From: Clostridia bacterium
GTDB taxonomy: Bacteria > Bacillota > Clostridia > Oscillospirales > CAG-272
Direction of reading: 5' to 3'
DNA: 46,190 nucleotides
Assembly: GCA_024404975.1 (NCBI GenBank)
Contig: JAKSPH010000002.1
Span: 1 to 46,190 of the forward strand
The position numbers and the translations under genes are program-made. The notes under the pieces were generated by a model that was not told the DNA's origin, searched no databases, and saw only the letters and a program-made list of their open reading frames with translations. The stretch's first letter is position 1. Each line of letters starts with the position of its first letter. Shown here piece after piece: positions 36,577-45,774 of the stretch.

Positions 36577-38898
36577 TCAGTTCCAGTCGCTATCGACGGA
36601 GAGTTTGAAAATTCCCGCATTGGAGTCGAACTCGGTGGCGAGGGCAGATTCTCTTGCGCGGCAGGTGAAGATGAAACTCTGATGTCCTTCGCTCGACAGG
36701 TGGCAGATCGCCTTCATCATTGCGGTCGAACGGGTGTTGTCCTGATGCGCGAAACTCTCGTCGAAGGTGACAGGAGGAAGTTCCGTATAAAGCATATCGA
36801 TGAGCGCCATACGGACGGCAATGTAAGTAAGATCCTGCGTACCGCCGGAGAGGAAGTCCACGGACTTCTTTTCTCCCGCCTGGTTGGCGAAGGTGACGTG
36901 CAGACTTCCGGTCACTTCAAAGCCGGAGTACTTCTTGTCGGTCATGACTTCCATCAGCTTGGTGGCGTAAGTGCCGAGACGGGGCGAGATCTCACTGCGC
37001 AGGGCTTCCTGTGCGGATTCGATGGTGCGGTAAGCGAGATAGTATGCCTTGTGGCGAAGTTTGAGCGCGTCGATCTTGTCGTCGAGCGCACGCATCTTGG
37101 AATAGGACTCGCCGGGATCGCGCACGTCCGTTTTGAGGGAAGAGAGTTCGTTTTCCACTTCGAAGGCAAGACGCTCGTTCGCGGCGATCTCGTCCTTGCA
37201 ATCGGCGATACCCGTGATGATTCCATCGTGATTGATCTCGGAGAGCGCCTTTCTCTTGAGGGGAGAAACCTGCGCACGGATCTCGATCTCGCTCTTGTCG
37301 GAGAGGGTTCTGCGGACCTCTTTCACAGTGAGTTCGACCATATTCTTCTCGTCGAGAAGTTCGTGCTTCTTGTCAAGGAAGACGGTGACACGGTCTTCCA
37401 ACTCGTCAAGGAAGCGGTTGAATTCGTTTTCGGGGATCTCGTCGCCCCAACGGACGGCAACTTCGTAGAGGTGTGCCTGTGCGGCTTCGTAACCGGCTTT
37501 CGCGTCGGAGAGGGCGGCAGAGGAATTCTCCACGTCGCGGATGAGTCCGTCGCGTTTGCTTCTCGCTTCGGCGATGAGGTCGAGTTTTTTCAGAAGGTCG
37601 TCATATCCCTGTACGGAGAACTGCTCGCAGGCGGCGCTGATCTTGCGTTTTCCGAACACGGTAACGAACAGAGCGGCGAGGGCAAGGACGGCGAACAGAC
37701 CGATGCCGACAAACCCGAGGACTTTGAGCAGGGGCGTGATCTCCTTCATCGCAAACTCGAATACGGCGGAACCGACGGCGAGAAGTCCTGCGAGGATTGC
37801 GATGACGGTGCCGATCACGGTTCTCTTTTTCAGCGAAACGGCGTTCCGGCGAACTTGTTCTTCACCGCCGAAGCCGTCGGCTTTCTGAATGTTGTTCTCG
37901 ATCTCCGCGGTGATACCGACGGCGTTTTTACGCGTGGTATAGAGATCGGAAGCATCGGTCAGAGCGCGGTACGCATCGTCGGCATCGCGTCTTGCTTTTC
38001 TGATTTCTTTCAGGAAATCGTCATCGGGAACGAAACCGTTCTTCTTGTTGGATTCGAGGTATTCGTTAAAGACTTCGTTCTTGTTTTCGGCTTCTTTCTC
38101 CAACTCGTGAAGTTTGTCAAACGTCTGAATGAGCATCACGTTCTTGTAACAAGCGTCGAGTTCAAGCAGCTTGTCCCGCTTTTCCTCGGCTTCCGCGCGT
38201 TTTTCGCGGATCTCGTGGAGCTCCGCTTCTTTCGACAGAATACGGCGGTTGTCCTCGGAGGACTTTTCGAGTTTTGCTTCGAGTTCTTCCTGTTTCTTCA
38301 TCAGGTCGATGATGGCGCCGCCTCCGCCGGAACGGTGGTAGAGCGTTTCCATTTTTTCGTCGATCTTGGAAAGTGCCTTGGCACTGTTGATCTTCTCACT
38401 TCCGGAGAAGAGAATATTCTCAATGGCGGTTTTTACGGAGCCCTCTTCGATTCTCGCATCGGCGAGAGAACCGATGAACGCGGTGTTTTCGAACAGTGCC
38501 TTCTCCACGCCGAAGAACACTTCACCGGCAGGGGACTTTCCGAAAGCGGGCGCGCCCGTTTCCAAATCAATGATGGAGGAATCCTCCTTGTATGCCGTGC
38601 GGGAGGAAACGTCGCTCATCACGGTGGAACGGTTGATGAGATACCGCTTCTTTCCGACTCTGACGGTCATGGAACCCTGTGCCGTGCCGTTGTTCCAGTT
38701 GATGCGTTTTCTGCGTTCGGAGAGGGAGTCCGCGGTATCGTCCGCGTCAAAGCCGTAGAGCATATACTTGATGAATGCGGCAATGGTACTCTTTCCGGCT
38801 TCGTTCTGCCCCTCGATGACGTTGACGGTGTCGGAGAACTCCATCGTCATATCGGTGAGCATACCGAAACTCTTGATCACAATCTTTTCGATAATCAT
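36577..38898 (-). CDS. Rad50/SbcC/YhaN-like ABC ATPase with a central predicted transmembrane hairpin
   Basis: 773 aa. The motifs are Walker A GQNEAGKST (aa 30-38), signature LSGGTQD and Walker B/D-loop VTFDESFAHQD near the C-terminus. Long charged coiled-coil-like arms flank two hydrophobic ~22-aa segments at aa ~360-416. Confidence 0.85.
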   Translation of the reverse strand: MIIEKIVIKSFGMLTDMTMEFSDTVNVIEGQNEAGKSTIAAFIKYMLYGFDADDTADSLSERRKRINWNNGTAQGSMTVRVGKKRYLINRSTVMSDVSSRTAYKEDSSIIDLETGAPAFGKSPAGEVFFGVEKALFENTAFIGSLADARIEEGSVKTAIENILFSGSEKINSAKALSKIDEKMETLYHRSGGGGAIIDLMKKQEELEAKLEKSSEDNRRILSKEAELHEIREKRAEAEEKRDKLLELDACYKNVMLIQTFDKLHELEKEAENKNEVFNEYLESNKKNGFVPDDDFLKEIRKARRDADDAYRALTDASDLYTTRKNAVGITAEIENNIQKADGFGGEEQVRRNAVSLKKRTVIGTVIAILAGLLAVGSAVFEFAMKEITPLLKVLGFVGIGLFAVLALAALFVTVFGKRKISAACEQFSVQGYDDLLKKLDLIAEARSKRDGLIRDVENSSAALSDAKAGYEAAQAHLYEVAVRWGDEIPENEFNRFLDELEDRVTVFLDKKHELLDEKNMVELTVKEVRRTLSDKSEIEIRAQVSPLKRKALSEINHDGIITGIADCKDEIAANERLAFEVENELSSLKTDVRDPGESYSKMRALDDKIDALKLRHKAYYLAYRTIESAQEALRSEISPRLGTYATKLMEVMTDKKYSGFEVTGSLHVTFANQAGEKKSVDFLSGGTQDLTYIAVRMALIDMLYTELPPVTFDESFAHQDNTRSTAMMKAICHLSSEGHQSFIFTCRARESALATEFDSNAGIFKLSVDSDWN

Positions 38899-38942
38899 AG
38901 GATGATCCTTTCTCTTGGTTGATAGGATGGAACCTTATACAG

Positions 38943-39653
38943 TCAGTTGATTTCGCCCGTGTCGCCGGAGAGAAATCTGATGGCGCGTTCGACGGAATCT
39001 TTGGAGTTGTACCACGGTTCGGCTTCAAACTGATAGTCAAACTTTTTACAGAACCACGACACGTCACCCGAAAGCGTTTTGAGATACTCGTTTTCGATTC
39101 CGGATGCCACGGCATAGAATTCGCGGAAGATCTTCTTGTTCATTTTACGCTTGCCGTAATCCGCCATCGCACGGTAGTGAGGGAGGCAGAAGAAGGGTTG
39201 CGCTTTGAACTTCTCCCTGAAATCGAGATCGGTTTCAAAGAGGTAGACCGCCGTCGCGATCATCGCCGCGAGGTTCTTGTCGATGCGTGAGCAGACGTAG
39301 CAACTCTTTTCGAGCGCGGACAGTGCGTCGATCTCGGATTGCCCGACACCGAGGACAAGGTCCTTCGCCGTGGGGGAGAGTTTCTTCTTCACCGCGTCAA
39401 GATGGCTTTCAAGCATCAGTCCCATACCGAGCCGGCGCTTGCGTCCGAGCATCTTGCGGTAGTGCGTCAGGCAGAAGCCCATCTCGTTGGTCTTGATGCG
39501 GATATCGGGTTCCATCATCGAGGCACCGAGAATGATGTCGAGTTCGTCCTCTTCGAGTTTGCGGAATAGAGCGCAGAACGGACAGCCGAGGGCGGGATCG
39601 CTCCGAGAGCCGTCAAACGCCTCGTTTACGGGTATTGTGTAAATCTGTTCCAA
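38943..39653 (-). CDS. Cys/His-rich protein with an internally duplicated CxxC...CxxH module (possibly a DUF6062-like family)
   Basis: 236 aa with a TTG start 6 nt after GAGGA. The candidate ligands are C24/C27/C61/H64 and C118/C121/C156/H159, with FCLTHY and FCLPHY in equivalent positions. The gene is 44 nt upstream of the ATPase gene. Confidence 0.7.
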   Translation of the reverse strand: MEQIYTIPVNEAFDGSRSDPALGCPFCALFRKLEEDELDIILGASMMEPDIRIKTNEMGFCLTHYRKMLGRKRRLGMGLMLESHLDAVKKKLSPTAKDLVLGVGQSEIDALSALEKSCYVCSRIDKNLAAMIATAVYLFETDLDFREKFKAQPFFCLPHYRAMADYGKRKMNKKIFREFYAVASGIENEYLKTLSGDVSWFCKKFDYQFEAEPWYNSKDSVERAIRFLSGDTGEIN

Positions 39654-39688
39654 TTCATATCCTCGCGCATATAATTATAGATACTAAT

Positions 39689-39717
39689 ATTATACAATAT
39701 ATTTTCAAATTTTTCAA
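39689..39717 (-). promoter_or_regulatory. extended -10 promoter for the Cys-protein/ATPase operon
   Basis: Minus strand reads TTGAAA-17 nt-TGTATAAT. Confidence 0.6.
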
Positions 39718-40033
39718 GGGGATTTTCAAGTTTTTTCGGCGGGGCGGGAAAAGGAAAAATACTTGCGGGAAAGCACAGCGTTTTCCTCTCCGACCGACCG
39801 CACGTATCGCCTTCTTCGCTCTCTCCCGACGGTTCCGAAACGCCGCTTTCACCCGCGGGAAACCGCCGCCTGCGATGCCGTCCTCCGTCATTCAAAACCG
39901 TTTCGGATTCCTCTGCCTTTGTCTCTCAAAACCGCCGAAAAACGAGCCGTCTTTTTCTCCGGCGAAGAGGCACATATGACCTGAATTTTCTCGTTTTTCT
40001 TGCCGAAATACGGAAAAATGAAAATAAAACTAT

Positions 40034-40070
40034 ACAAAAATCCCCGTTTTCGCTGGGAAAACGGGGATTT
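40034..40070 (-). terminator. rho-independent terminator after infB
   Basis: TCCCCGTTTTC-loop-GAAAACGGGGA followed by TTTTTGT on the minus strand. Confidence 0.8.
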
Positions 40071-40126
40071 GATTTGTAAAAACGGTGGGGAAGGAAACGC
40101 GGAATTGATCCGCGTTTTTGCCGGCG

Positions 40127-43090
40127 TTACGCCTTGACTTCCTCCATGATGAACGCTTCCATGATATCGTTTTCTTTGATGTCGTTGAACTTTTCAAGTC
40201 CGACACCGCACTCATATCCTTCGGCAACTTCCTTCACATCGTCCTTGAAACGGCGGAGTGATGCGATCTTGTCTTCGAAGATAACGATACCGTCGCGCAC
40301 GATACGGATCTGCGCGTTTCTCGTGATCTTACCGTCGGTAACATAAGAACCTGCGATCGTACCGACACTGGGTACGCGGATGGTCTGACGGACGGTGGCG
40401 TGACCGAGGAGCGCTTCCTTGAAGGTGGGAGCAAGCAGACCCTTCATAGCCGCTTCGATCTCGTCGATGATCTCATAAATGATTCTGTGGGTACGGATAT
40501 CGACCTTGTTTCTTTCCGCACTGTCGAGCGCGTTCTTATCGGGACGGACGTTGAATCCGACGATGATCGCGTTGGACGCGGCGGCAAGCATAACGTCAGA
40601 TTCGATGATACCGCCGACCGCGGAATGGATGACGTTGACTTTGACTTCCTCGGTGGAGAGTTTGAGCAAGGATGCCTTGACGGCTTCCGCAGAACCTGCC
40701 ACGTCGGCTTTGACGATGATATTGAGCGTCTGTACGCCTTCGGAGATCTGGCTGAACAGGTCGTCGAGGTTGACTCTCGCGTTTGCGGCGAGAATGTCCG
40801 CACGCTGCTGAGCGCGGCGCTGTTCCGCGAGATCCTTCGCCATCTTTTCATCCTCAACACCGTTGAGTTCGTCGCCTGCCTGAGGCACGTCGTCAAGACC
40901 CGTGATCTCTACGGGAACGGAAGGACCTGCGACCTTGATGGATCTGCCCTTGTCGTCCTTCATATTGCGGACACGTCCGACGGCATTGCCGACGATCACG
41001 TAGTCGCCCTGATGAAGGGTACCGTTCTGAACGAGGATAGTAGCCACGGGACCGCAACCCTTATCCAGGCGGGATTCGATGACGATACCTTTGGCACGTC
41101 TGTTCGGGTTCGCACGGAGTTCTTTGACTTCGGCGACGAGCAGGACGCTTTCGAGAAGTTCCTGAATACCCATACCCGTGATCGCGGAGCAGGGAACGCA
41201 GATGACGTCACCGCCCCATGCTTCGGGAACGAGTTCGTACTGAGTGAGTTGGTTCAAAACGTTGTCGGGGTTGGCAGTGGGTTTATCCATCTTGTTGATG
41301 GCAACGATGATGTCAACGCCTGCGGCTTTCGCGTGGTTGATCGCCTCGATGGTCTGAGGCATGATACCGTCGTCGGCTGCGACAACGAGAATTGCAATAT
41401 CGGTGGATTTCGCACCGCGCATACGCATGGCGGTGAAGGCTTCGTGACCGGGGGTGTCAAGGAAGGTAACGTCCTTGCCGTTTACCTTGACGCGGTAAGC
41501 ACCGCTCGCCTGCGTGATACCGCCGGCTTCGCCCTTGGTAACGTTCGTGTGACGGATCGCGTCGAGGATGGAGGTCTTACCGTGGTCAACGTGTCCCATA
41601 ACGCAGACAACGGGTGCGCGTTCAATGAGATCAGCTTCGTTTTCCTCGGCTTCGGTGAACAGTTTTTCTTCGATGGTAACGACGACTTCTTTGGTGACCT
41701 TTACGCCGAATTCGGTGGCGATGAGTTCCGCGGTATCGTAGTCGATCACGTCGTTCACGCCCTTCATCTCGCCCATCATCATGAGTTTCTTGATGACTTC
41801 GGCAGAGGTTTTCTTCATGCGGGAAGCGAGTTCACTGAGCGTGATCTCGTCGGGAACTTCGATCTCCAACTGTTTCTTTCTCGCGAGTTCCGCTTCCATC
41901 TTCTTGATCTTCTCGGCGGCGGCTCTCTGCTTATCCTTCGCGCTCTTGGCGTTCTGATTCTTGTTGTCCTGCTTCTTGAGTTTCTGCTTGGAAGCCGCGG
42001 TATCGCCGTTTGCGATGGCGTAGAACTGATCGTTGTAGTGGTCGTCGTACTTGGAAAGGTTGACGTCGGAAGTTCTCATATCGACAACGCGTGTCTTGGG
42101 CGCGGTCGCCTGATAATCACCGGCATCCAGATTGACACCGCCCTTGGCGTTGGTGTTGACGGTCGGGGTGATGGTCTTATACTGCTGCTTCTGAACTTTC
42201 TTTTCTTCCTTCTTGGGTGCCGCCTTAGGCTCAGCCTGTGCCGCCTTAGCCGCCTCCTGCGCTCTTGCGATGCGCTGCTGCTTTTCAAGCAACGCCTGCT
42301 GTGCGGGACGGGTGGGGTTGGGGTCGGGCTTGGGTGCCGCGTTCGGATTTCTCATACCGGACGCCTGACGGTTCATATTGTCATATTTCTTTGCGAACGG
42401 ATTTGCCTGAGGCGCGGCAGAGTACTTGTTGTAACCGTTCTGCTGACCGTTCTGACCGCCGAAGGAGCGGCGATCTCCGCCCTGCTGATTGAATCCGTTT
42501 CTGCGGTCACCGTACTGACCGTTCTGTCCGTTAAACGGGCGACGTTCGCCGTTCTGTCCGTTAAAGGGACGGCGCTCCCCGTTCTGCTGACCGTTCTGAC
42601 TGCCGAAGGGACGGCGATCTCCGCCTTGCTGGCCGTTGTTGAAGGAACGGCGCTCGTTGTTGTTCTGACCGTTTACTCCCGCGGGGCGGTTCTGCGGTCT
42701 TTGTTCCTGCGCGGCGGGTCTTTGCGCTTCGGCTTTGACTTCCGGCTTGACTTCGGGTATCGCTTCCGCTTTCACTTCGGGCTTGGGAGCCTGGGCTTTG
42801 GGCGCGGGGTTGACCTCTGCCTTCGGTGCGTCGGTTTGGGGTGAGTCTTCCTTCGGTTCGTCGATCACGCTGATCTTCGCTTTTCCGTCAATGTAGTCGT
42901 CCAAGTTCTTGATCTGGTGGGAGAGTGTGATCTTTTGGAGGAAGAGTTCGACTTCATCGGGATCCGCGGAAGTCTTTTTCTCCATTCCCATATCTTTGAA
43001 TGTGTCCTGAACTTCCTTGGACTTCATGTTGAAATCTTTGGAAAGTTGGGCGATTGCGATCTTATTTGTTTTTGTTGCCATCCTGCTCAC
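40127..43090 (-). CDS. infB: translation initiation factor IF-2
   Basis: 987 aa with G-domain motifs [17 protein letters not shown] and NKMD. The N-terminal region is low-complexity Gln/Gly/Arg/Pro-rich. The start is either GTG 43090 or ATG 43081. Confidence 0.96.
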   Translation of the reverse strand: MSRMATKTNKIAIAQLSKDFNMKSKEVQDTFKDMGMEKKTSADPDEVELFLQKITLSHQIKNLDDYIDGKAKISVIDEPKEDSPQTDAPKAEVNPAPKAQAPKPEVKAEAIPEVKPEVKAEAQRPAAQEQRPQNRPAGVNGQNNNERRSFNNGQQGGDRRPFGSQNGQQNGERRPFNGQNGERRPFNGQNGQYGDRRNGFNQQGGDRRSFGGQNGQQNGYNKYSAAPQANPFAKKYDNMNRQASGMRNPNAAPKPDPNPTRPAQQALLEKQQRIARAQEAAKAAQAEPKAAPKKEEKKVQKQQYKTITPTVNTNAKGGVNLDAGDYQATAPKTRVVDMRTSDVNLSKYDDHYNDQFYAIANGDTAASKQKLKKQDNKNQNAKSAKDKQRAAAEKIKKMEAELARKKQLEIEVPDEITLSELASRMKKTSAEVIKKLMMMGEMKGVNDVIDYDTAELIATEFGVKVTKEVVVTIEEKLFTEAEENEADLIERAPVVCVMGHVDHGKTSILDAIRHTNVTKGEAGGITQASGAYRVKVNGKDVTFLDTPGHEAFTAMRMRGAKSTDIAILVVAADDGIMPQTIEAINHAKAAGVDIIVAINKMDKPTANPDNVLNQLTQYELVPEAWGGDVICVPCSAITGMGIQELLESVLLVAEVKELRANPNRRAKGIVIESRLDKGCGPVATILVQNGTLHQGDYVIVGNAVGRVRNMKDDKGRSIKVAGPSVPVEITGLDDVPQAGDELNGVEDEKMAKDLAEQRRAQQRADILAANARVNLDDLFSQISEGVQTLNIIVKADVAGSAEAVKASLLKLSTEEVKVNVIHSAVGGIIESDVMLAAASNAIIVGFNVRPDKNALDSAERNKVDIRTHRIIYEIIDEIEAAMKGLLAPTFKEALLGHATVRQTIRVPSVGTIAGSYVTDGKITRNAQIRIVRDGIVIFEDKIASLRRFKDDVKEVAEGYECGVGLEKFNDIKENDIMEAFIMEEVKA
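42435..42631 (-). repeat. nested in-frame tandem repeats in the infB N-terminal region
   Basis: 30-nt units start at 42519, 42549 and 42579 (ccgttctg.ccgttaaa.gg.cg.cg.tc.cc). A ~53-nt near-identical block also occurs at 42435 and 42579. These encode [10 protein letters not shown]-type decapeptides. Confidence 0.85.
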
Positions 43091-43460
43091 CGGTCTCCCC
43101 GTCGGGAAGACTTCCTTTCATTGCGATTGTATCCGGTCCGAGAATTTTCCGAATCTCATCGGAAAACCGCTCATCGGTAACACCGATCACGGCTGGGGAA
43201 TAGGTTTTCCCGAGCCGGTGTCCGAGTTCTTCTCCCGATAGGGGAAGGACGAACAGAGGGACTTCGTAATACTGACATTTGAATCCGATTTTTTCTTTGG
43301 TCGCGTCCGACGCGGTGTGTGTAACAAGAACTGTTTTCGGCTTTCCGTCGCCGCCTTTTCTCATGGCAACGATGACCTGTTCGGTACCGATAACGAGTTT
43401 GCCCGCCCGCATGGCGAAGCCGAGCATACCGCAAAGACGCCGGGTAGTTATGTTATCCAA
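43062..43460 (-). CDS. ylxQ: L7Ae-family RNA-binding protein YlxQ
   Basis: The sequence ...[21 protein letters not shown]...[19 protein letters not shown] matches the YlxQ pattern. The proposed TTG start at 43460 lies 7 nt after GGAGGAA and overlaps the ylxR stop. The exact start is uncertain. Confidence 0.75.
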   Translation of the reverse strand: MDNITTRRLCGMLGFAMRAGKLVIGTEQVIVAMRKGGDGKPKTVLVTHTASDATKEKIGFKCQYYEVPLFVLPLSGEELGHRLGKTYSPAVIGVTDERFSDEIRKILGPDTIAMKGSLPDGETGEQDGNKNK

Positions 43461-43737
43461 CCGTGAGTTCCTCCGCGAGTTTCTCATAGATCCCGTCGGG
43501 AATCTCACATTCGAGGGCGGCTTCCAGCCGTTTGCCCTTCCTTGCTTTCTTCAGGCAATTCGGGTTCTTGCAAAGATATGCACCGCGTCCGGATTTCTTT
43601 CCCACGAGGTCAAGGACGATCTCGCCTTCCGGTGTACGCAACACGCGGACAAGTTCGTTTTTCGGAAAATGCTCTCCGCAGCCCGAACATTTGCGCATGG
43701 GGATCTTTCTCTTGCTTTCTGCTGTCAATCTGACCAC
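43453..43737 (-). CDS. ylxR: YlxR/RnpM (DUF448) family protein
   Basis: KRKIPMRKCSGCGEHFPKNELVRVLR...GRGAYLC is typical of YlxR. The start is GTG 43737 or ATG 43698. Confidence 0.85.
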   Translation of the reverse strand: MVRLTAESKRKIPMRKCSGCGEHFPKNELVRVLRTPEGEIVLDLVGKKSGRGAYLCKNPNCLKKARKGKRLEAALECEIPDGIYEKLAEELTVG

Positions 43738-43788
43738 TCCTCTCTGAATAGACCGTCTGTTCCGCCGGAGCGGAAACGGTATTTTGGA

Positions 43789-44820
43789 TTATGCCTTGAT
43801 ATCGATCTTGTAGCCGGTGAGTTTGGCGGCGAGTTTCGCGTTCTGACCTTCCTTACCGATGGCAAGAGAAAGCTGATCTGCGGAAACGGTCACGCGGCAA
43901 GTGCGTTCGCCGTCGAGTTCCACGCCGAGTACCTTCGCGGGAGAAAGCGCTTCCGCAACGAATACGGTGGGATCTTCGGAATACTTGATGATGTCGATCT
44001 TTTCGTTTCCGAGTTCTGCGAGGATCGCGTCAAGACGCATACGGTTCTTACCGATGCAGGCACCGATCGCATCGACGTTCTCGTCGCGGGATTCCACGGC
44101 GATCTTGGTGCGGCTTCCTGCTTCGCGGGAAACGCTCTTGATCAGCACGGTTCCGTCCATGATTTCGGGAATTTCAAGTTCGAACAGACGTTTCACGAAG
44201 TTGGGATGGATACGGGAGAGGGTAACGATGGGGCCTCTGACCTCGCCGGATTTGACTTCGGAGATGAACACCTTGATGCGGTCGCCGACTTCGTGGCGCT
44301 CGCCGGGGATCTGCTCGTCTTTGAGGAGAGTTGCGTAACCCGTACCGGTGTCGAGAACGAGATTGCCGTTGGTAACGTCGACTTTATCGACGATAGCGGT
44401 GATGATCTCTTCCTTGAGGTTTTCGTATTCGCGGGTCTGACGTTCACGCTCGGCATCGCGGATTGCCTGAATGATCATCTGCTTTCCTGCCTGTGCGGAA
44501 AGACGGCGGAAGTTCTTGGTCTTGAGTTCGGTTTCAAGCACACCGCCGAGTTTGCAGCGGCGGGTGATGGCTTTCGCTTCGGAAAGTCCGATCTCGGTGT
44601 CGGGATCGATGACGGCGCCGTCTGCAACGACGTTTCTCTGCTGGAACACTTTCATGTCCTGCTTTACGGGATCGAGCGAAACTCGGATGACGGTCGAGGG
44701 ACCGACTTCCTTGCGGCAGGCGTTGGTGAGAGCCGCTTCGATTTTCTGGATCATGTAGTCTTTGGGGATGCCCTTTTCTTTTTCAAGGAGGTCAAGGGCG
44801 GCGAAGAAATCTGCGTTCAT
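43789..44820 (-). CDS. nusA: transcription termination/antitermination factor NusA
   Basis: 343 aa with an N-terminal domain, an S1 domain (GDRIKVFISEV) and two KH domains (GACIGKNRMRL, AIGKEGQNAKLAAKLTG). Confidence 0.96.
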   Translation of the reverse strand: MNADFFAALDLLEKEKGIPKDYMIQKIEAALTNACRKEVGPSTVIRVSLDPVKQDMKVFQQRNVVADGAVIDPDTEIGLSEAKAITRRCKLGGVLETELKTKNFRRLSAQAGKQMIIQAIRDAERERQTREYENLKEEIITAIVDKVDVTNGNLVLDTGTGYATLLKDEQIPGERHEVGDRIKVFISEVKSGEVRGPIVTLSRIHPNFVKRLFELEIPEIMDGTVLIKSVSREAGSRTKIAVESRDENVDAIGACIGKNRMRLDAILAELGNEKIDIIKYSEDPTVFVAEALSPAKVLGVELDGERTCRVTVSADQLSLAIGKEGQNAKLAAKLTGYKIDIKA

Positions 44821-44871
44821 TTGTTTTTTCGCGTAGTATTTTACGCATTCCTTTCCGTATATCTTATTTTA

Positions 44872-45357
44872 TTAATTATCTTCTTCGGTGAAATCTTCTT
44901 CACGGTAAACGGTTTGAAGTTTGGAGATCTCGCTCTTTTCGAGTCTGACTTCCGTGCCGTCCTCGCGCTTCATGGTGAGAACCCCGTCTTCAAAGGAAAC
45001 GAGGGTACCGACGACGGACTTTTCTCCGTTCTTCGCGGTGAAGAGTTTTGCCTCGGCGCTCATGCCGAGAGAGGAGAGAATATGCTCCGGCGTGCGGAGT
45101 TCGCGCTCAAGTCCGGGGGAGGACACTTCGAGATAGTAGAAGCCCTCAACGGGATCGCATTCGTCGAGGATGGGGTCGATCGCGCGGTGGACCTTTTCGC
45201 AGTCGTCGATGCCGATGCCGTTGTCGGAATCAATGGTGATCTCAAGGTGATAGTCCGCACCGATCTTGGTAAAGGTCACGTCCCAGATGCGGTAACCGAG
45301 TTCAAGGACTGTCGGTTCGATGGCTTCTCTGACGGTTTCTTTTACACTTTTCTTCAT
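44872..45357 (-). CDS. rimP: ribosome maturation factor RimP
   Basis: 161 aa in the conserved position upstream of nusA, with the pattern ...YYLEVSSPGLERELR. Confidence 0.9.
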   Translation of the reverse strand: MKKSVKETVREAIEPTVLELGYRIWDVTFTKIGADYHLEITIDSDNGIGIDDCEKVHRAIDPILDECDPVEGFYYLEVSSPGLERELRTPEHILSSLGMSAEAKLFTAKNGEKSVVGTLVSFEDGVLTMKREDGTEVRLEKSEISKLQTVYREEDFTEEDN

Positions 45358-45455
45358 TCTTTTCCTTTCTCTTTGTAAAAGTGCTGTCTGCGCCGTTACA
45401 AAGAATAAAGAGTGATCCGAAAACCACTCTTTACCTTTCTATTCAATTCTATCTT

Positions 45456-45483
45456 ATTATACCATAATTTTCGGAAATTGCAA
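45456..45483 (-). promoter_or_regulatory. extended -10 promoter for the rimP-nusA-infB operon
   Basis: Minus strand reads TTGCAA-16 nt-TGGTATAAT. Confidence 0.6.
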
Positions 45484-45533
45484 TAGTTTTTTCAATATTT
45501 ATTATAGAAATAAAAAAGAAAAGCGCAAAAACC

Positions 45534-45761
45534 TTACTTTTTTTCGAATCCGTAGTCGTTCGGCGCGCGTCCGACCTTCGTTTTGCGTATGCCGACGGAC
45601 TTCTCGCCGGACGCTTTCGCGAAATCGCGCAGGAGGGACTCGATCTCTTTTGTGAGCGAAAGCCGGTTTTCTTCGAGTTTGCGGATCTTTTCTTCTCTTT
45701 CCTTTTCGGTCAGAGAAAAGATCGGAACATAGGATTTCTTTTCTGCTTTTTTGTTCTTCAT
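45534..45761 (-). CDS. small basic hypothetical protein
   Basis: 75 aa with a strong SD (TAAGGAGG) overlapping the stop of the upstream gene. It has a Lys/Glu-rich helical character. Confidence 0.6.
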   Translation of the reverse strand: MKNKKAEKKSYVPIFSLTEKEREEKIRKLEENRLSLTKEIESLLRDFAKASGEKSVGIRKTKVGRAPNDYGFEKK

Positions 45762-45774
45762 GCGTCGGTCCTCC

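Noticed and set aside
39626-39984. Four overlapping 73-114-aa ORFs in the infB-to-ATPase-operon spacer.
   Set aside because: Their products are Arg/Pro/Gly/Phe-rich low-complexity sequences. They overlap each other on both strands and run across the identified promoter. None has an SD.
441-45378. Very long ORFs antisense to almost every real gene. Examples are 441..2321, 4299..6173, 6810..8099, 13981..16128, 18984..20780, 23671..25209, 31190..33724, 36571..38922, 40400..42844 and 43279..45378.
   Set aside because: They lie in register opposite genes with clear homology. Their products are low-complexity (Val/Gly/Asp/Arg/Phe-rich), and they lack SD sequences and promoters. Long antisense ORFs are expected when the sense strand avoids TTA/CTA/TCA codons, which read as stops in the antisense frame, as in GC3-biased genomes. 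They are not overprinted genes.
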